64,000 nucleotides of DNA, taken from assembly GCA_051294905.1 (NCBI GenBank), contig CM119378.1, positions 2,234,001 through 2,298,000 of the forward strand. Direction: 5' to 3'. Of this stretch, positions 59,289 to 64,000 are shown piece after piece; position 1 is the stretch's first letter, and each line of letters opens with the position of its first letter. Both the position numbers and the translations under genes were made by a program. The stretch comes from Botryllus schlosseri. Its lineage: Eukaryota. The notes under the pieces were generated by a model, which had not been told where the DNA came from, ran no database searches, and saw only the letters and a list, made by a program, of their open reading frames with translations.

Positions 59289-62188
59289 TTGGTTCCTGTC
59301 TCATCAAGTAGTAAGAACGGTAGACAACAGGGTCTTCAAACCATGGATTAAATAGACAAAGTAAAATCTGTAACGGTGCATAGGAACGCACAGCAAATAT
59401 GCAGGTAATGTTAGCGAATATTAGCTGCATACTTTCGATCTTAATAGTGACTACATTAGGGCTGCATTTACAACAATGGTGACGACACAGTGGAATGACA
59501 TTGACAATTAAAAATATAGGGTAAATAAATATGACTCCTTTGTCGAAAAGGCTTCCGACCCGTCTCAAACGGACCGAAAAATATCTTTGATCAGGCCTAC
59601 GGTCGGCGGTCGCATCATCATCAGAACATCAATTCCGTGCCAATGAGCTATATATATTATATATACGTGCTATAACTGTTAACCGACGACAATTTCGAGG
59701 GTAAGGATCATTCCGTATCGTGTACGTCGACTATTTCGCGTGCAAATCGTCCGTAGACTAATACCGCATGTCTTTGCGAAAGATTGTGGCATAATTATCA
59801 AAGTTTTGAAAAAAAATCAATATCGTTCTTTTCAAAATGTTGTTTTTTAACCCTATCCAAAACATGTTTTAAACAAAGTGTTTTAAAACAGCTTTTGTTT
59901 TAAATGCAACCCGTAGACTGCGATGCCAGCTCTGAGTGTAAGTATAGGCCTAGAGACCGCGGACGGATGATTTTAAATTATTAGTATGTCACATTGTCAC
60001 ATGCCCATGTCCAGACCCTCTCAAACCAATCAGATCCACATTACACATAGGGGCACCAAAGCTGGAATTCAGGCCTGGTTTTCGGATTCGTGCGCGAAAT
60101 TAAAATATTATTAGAACTTAAAACAAACGTGTTCCGTCTACAGACAAACAATCGCGTAATTTATGCGGTGCAACAATTTACAAAATGTTTCGTTAAGAAT
60201 GATATATTTCTTATCAATAATTACCATCAATTGTGAATTTGAATAATGAACAGATGAAAAACGATAGAGCCGGTTTGAACGATACGCTATCGAATGAACT
60301 GTACAACATACATGTTATCAGTGAGCAGACAAAGGACATATTTTGTAATCTAAAGAAATTCGATGCAAATCCGAATCGCACCAAATTTAAATACAGGACC
60401 ATGCAAAATCTCATGACTGAACAATGAACAAACGACAAACGATCCCGAATTGCACATGTCACGTCATTGTTCAAATCGAAATTCGTAATAGGATCATATT
60501 ATATATAGAATATTAGCATTATTAGAATGCGGTTATGGATGAATTGGGGACTAAAATATGCACCAGTTACACCGCATCAAAATAGTTGTGTTTCTTGACC
60601 TTTTGTTATAATGTCTTGCAACAATACTTCAGGCCTACAACTATTTCACAGAAACCTCGCTTCCACGAACATACGTTGCCTTGTGCTGAATGTTTCGGAT
60701 GCTATGGTTAGACCATAGACAGAGGTTCCAATACTGTCACGACGGGAAGAAAGCATCAAAACAACAATTATCAATGACAAAATAACTCTTATTGGCGAGG
60801 GACGCATATTTTCAGTTCTTGAAAAAATCCTCTCGCACTACTCGAATCGAATCGCAAGAATCGATGCGCGATTCGAATTCGAGAACTCGAATCATTGCGA
60901 CTAGCCCCCGATACATTGAGAAAATAGGAAGAAGTCGAAGCGGTTGTGTAAAGTCTATCAATCAAAACCCTCCTTGGCCTATGCATAAGATAAACATGTA
61001 AATGTTAAAATGAGGCTTACACTTACCAGAAATACAAAAAATAGCACGCAAATGATCAATCCGTCTATCCATCAAAAGGAAGAGGTATAAGGTATTGGCG
61101 AAATCGATATGTACAAAACGTGACCGGCAATCTCGAACATACGCTGACATCTATGATTTTGTATGTCAAAGGCCGTAGATAAGCTGCGTGTTTAATATAT
61201 CTGCACTTGCCCATCCTTACCTACGTATTCAGATTGAGACTTAGGCTACCGACCGTACACCCACTACAATCAAATACGGTTCGATATAGAATCTCTAATG
61301 ATACAACAAAGAGCGCGCGGTTTTCATCGTTCAAAAGATACCAATTCTAAATTACAAACTCAGGCAATGCAGCAGGCAGCTATCGCGCTGAACCAATTCT
61401 CAGTTGAGTTTGATACACCTGGTCCTCAGCTTTACGCTAGCTCCGAAACTAATAGTTTCTGACTCCCGATTCCAACATTCAGTGAATTGTTTCCGCATCC
61501 TAAACGATTGCTGACATGCGTATCACTTCCTAACCCGCAACTAAAGATTGCTTTCAATGCCCCTAGCGCGGTTATAAAGGTGTTTGATCCAAAGTCATGA
61601 CCACGAATCCATGAATGTCGATAAGTGTGATGAAAATATAACCCTGCATTAGCTAATACATTGTCTAAAGATCAATTAGTTATCAGCAGGCCTTAATTTT
61701 GTCGATACGACTTCGAGTCTGGCTGCTTATTTCAATCTGATAGCGCGCCTATGCCGTTACGCGGTCAGACACTGTTGCAAAAACACGACCGCGGTTGACG
61801 TAATAATTCGCACGATGTTGTTTCGCGCGATTACATTCACAATTTCACATGTTACCAGATATTTGGCAAGGACTAAGATATCATACGTGGGGTTGGGAAT
61901 ATCTTCTCCGGTCTTATTGATGAGATGCGTTGCTCTGATAGGCTAAAATTCAAGAAACATTTTGTTTGATATACAAATTATTATACACATTACATACCCG
62001 ATTAAAACCCATCCTACCAGGATCGACAACGCAATATGGGGTTACAATGGTAAATAGAAGCAACACGGCTTGGCTTTAGCTCAACCTGCCCGACTAAGCT
62101 GCACTAAAATCCTGAGGGAGCCACAGATGACACGTCACTGCTATAGTATCTTGAAACCATCCTTTTATGCTTATTTGTAGGTCTAACC

Positions 62189-62633
62189 TAGGCTTACCAT
62201 ACGTCCTCTTTTAAGAGGATTTGTCCTCTTTTTTGACTTTTTTGAAAGTGTCCTCAGAGGACGCCCTTTTGTCCTCTTTTTTGAGATTTTGTCCTCTTTT
62301 TTGAAAATTGAGGTCATATTTAGAGGAAATCGCGAGTGATATGCCGCAAATTAGCGCAGAAGTGAAGCTCCGGCGGGTATTTCGGAGGGAAAAGGGGTGA
62401 TTTCAGCTCTGAGCGACAAAAAGACCTTTTTTTTTTTTAGTCATCCACCTGGCAATGTGGAGTGAAAAACGTGTTTTTGAGCTCTGAGCGGAAGTGATGA
62501 CCTTTTTTTTTTAGTCATCCGATCATGATGCGGGTGAAATTTACCTGTTTTTGAGAATTCTTCTCCAGTTTTGCTTGTCTGAAATTTCTGAAAAAGTGTC
62601 CTCTTTTTTCATTTCCGAAATATGGTAAGCCTA
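62189..62633. mobile_element. hAT MITE (TAGGCTTACCATA family)
   Basis: Perfect 13-bp TIR and TSD GTCTAACC. Confidence 0.9.
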
Positions 62634-62886
62634 GTCTAACCCCAATTTCATTCATTTCGCTCGCTATGTTAGCCGTTGGGGGAGGGTGGTATATAGGCTA
62701 TTTTACGCGATATCACAAGGAGCATTGTACTTGGCGCACGTGACTTTTCGCGATTTCATCAGGGTTGTAAGTTGTAAGTAAGGTAACCAAGTCGCAAGGT
62801 CCCGAGTCACAAGTCAATTCCACTTTTATAGCTTTGACTCGAGTCAAATCCAAGTCATTTGGGATGTTGATGACTAAAATATCAGT

Positions 62887-63012
62887 TCCGATCCAGTGGT
62901 GTAGCTGAGGGCGCCTGCTACCCGGGCGGCCCGCGTTCGATTCCGCGTCGGAGGTTTATCTGGTCCTCTCCCCCGCGTCGCTGTTCTTACGGCGACAAAA
63001 AAAGACCGGAAA
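62887..63012 (+). other. tRNA-derived (Glu/Asp-like) SINE head or pseudo-tRNA with downstream hairpin
   Basis: GGCGGCCCGCGTTCGATTCCGCG T-arm/B box; GTCGCTGT-TCTT-ACGGCGAC hairpin. Confidence 0.5.
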
Positions 63013-63338
63013 ATACCTGATGAAAGAACGCACTCACAAGGAATAGAAATATCAAGAAAGAGCCGCGGAATTTAGATCAATATCGAAACAGAACTGTAGG
63101 CTAGCGACATCGATCGGTCACTATAGGTCGAGAAGGATGCCAGTTTAAGAGACCACAATGTGTCGTTCGGCATCCTCATATCTGTTCATTATATCGCATT
63201 GTGTCTTATCGGATCGTACATTGTGTGTGTCCTCATCAGATGAAAATATATTCTGACGATAATTGAATGAATATTTGTTATGCGCGGGAACCCTTGCGGA
63301 TCGCATCCCTGCAAAATGTATTGTATTCTGATTGCGAT

Positions 63339-63826
63339 TAGGGCTGGGCAAAATCGAGTACCTGAGTGATTCGATTCTGAATCACGTAATATGCTTCGAG
63401 TCGAGTCGAGTATCACTCATTATGACGTCATCAATGGATGTGATATGTCGAAGTCCAAATATGAACCTTTTATGCCACCACAAAGAACGTAATGCATGTT
63501 ATCCATCACAATAAAGATGCTTTGGTATTTTTTCGACCATACCGATTTCATTGCACTTCTTAACAATTTTGTTGAATGATGCTAACTTCGGAAATGTGTT
63601 ATTTCCAGTAACGTTCGTAGTTTTAAACTGTGCCTGGTATGCTGAAACACGGCCAATCAAGGTTTCACGGCTTCCTCAGTGGAAAATAGTATCAAAACTA
63701 TGATTCTCGTCAGTAAATTAACTTTCAGTTGCGATGACCGTATAATTTCAGTACTCGAAAAAATCGCCTTCAACTACTCGACTCGAATCATTAAAATTAC
63801 TACTCGAATCATTTTGCCCAGCCCTA
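63339..63826. mobile_element. hAT MITE (TAGGGCTGGGCA family)
   Basis: TIR TAGGGCTGGGCAAAAT / ATTTTGCCCAGCCCTA, perfect TSD ATTGCGAT; relatives at ~22279-22780 and 51504-52077. Confidence 0.9.
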
Positions 63827-64000
63827 ATTGCGATACATGTCCATGTCCAATAAAACTCTGCTTGTACCACCATATATAAATATCAACAAGCTTTGTTACC
63901 CTTGCCACAATTTGTACGCAATGTAGGCCTATACTTAACTTCGAAACAAAATAATTCCGGAAGTCTTGAACCGCTGCTCTGCTACGAGGTGTATTTAGGC

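Noticed and set aside
62916..63008. HDV-like ribozyme
   Set aside because: A P2-like pairing exists, but P3, the P1.1 GG and the catalytic J4/2 are not satisfied.
59300..64000. A second protein-coding gene upstream of stabilin
   Set aside because: No coherent exon chain or recognisable domain; mostly repeats and probable regulatory DNA.

Overview
Eukaryotic (animal) genomic DNA, AT-rich and intron-rich; probably an invertebrate chordate such as an ascidian, though that is inference. Most of the supplied ORF track is spurious or shows exon fragments. One minus-strand gene spans 571-59288: a stabilin (STAB1/2-like) scavenger receptor. I assembled it by hand from 42 GT-AG exons whose phases all join without a stop, giving 6658 nt (~2219 codons). 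The domain order is signal peptide, then [Cys-rich/EGF cluster - FAS1 - FAS1] x3, then a fourth EGF cluster; the gene runs off the left edge, so the Link domain, last FAS1 and TM segment are not visible. The introns are packed with non-autonomous elements: many hAT families (12 copies with perfect 8-bp TSDs, several nested), a TTAA piggyBac derivative carrying a tRNA-like Pol III head, tRNA-derived SINEs and CR1/L2-type LINE 3' ends. The most notable signal is a dispersed family of Penelope-like retroelement 3' ends (GIY-YIG C-terminus plus pseudo-LTR, often as inverted pairs). Its pseudo-LTR contains a 34-nt minimal type I hammerhead ribozyme motif with a palindromic helix III. Three copies keep the full catalytic core, all in the sense orientation of the stabilin pre-mRNA.
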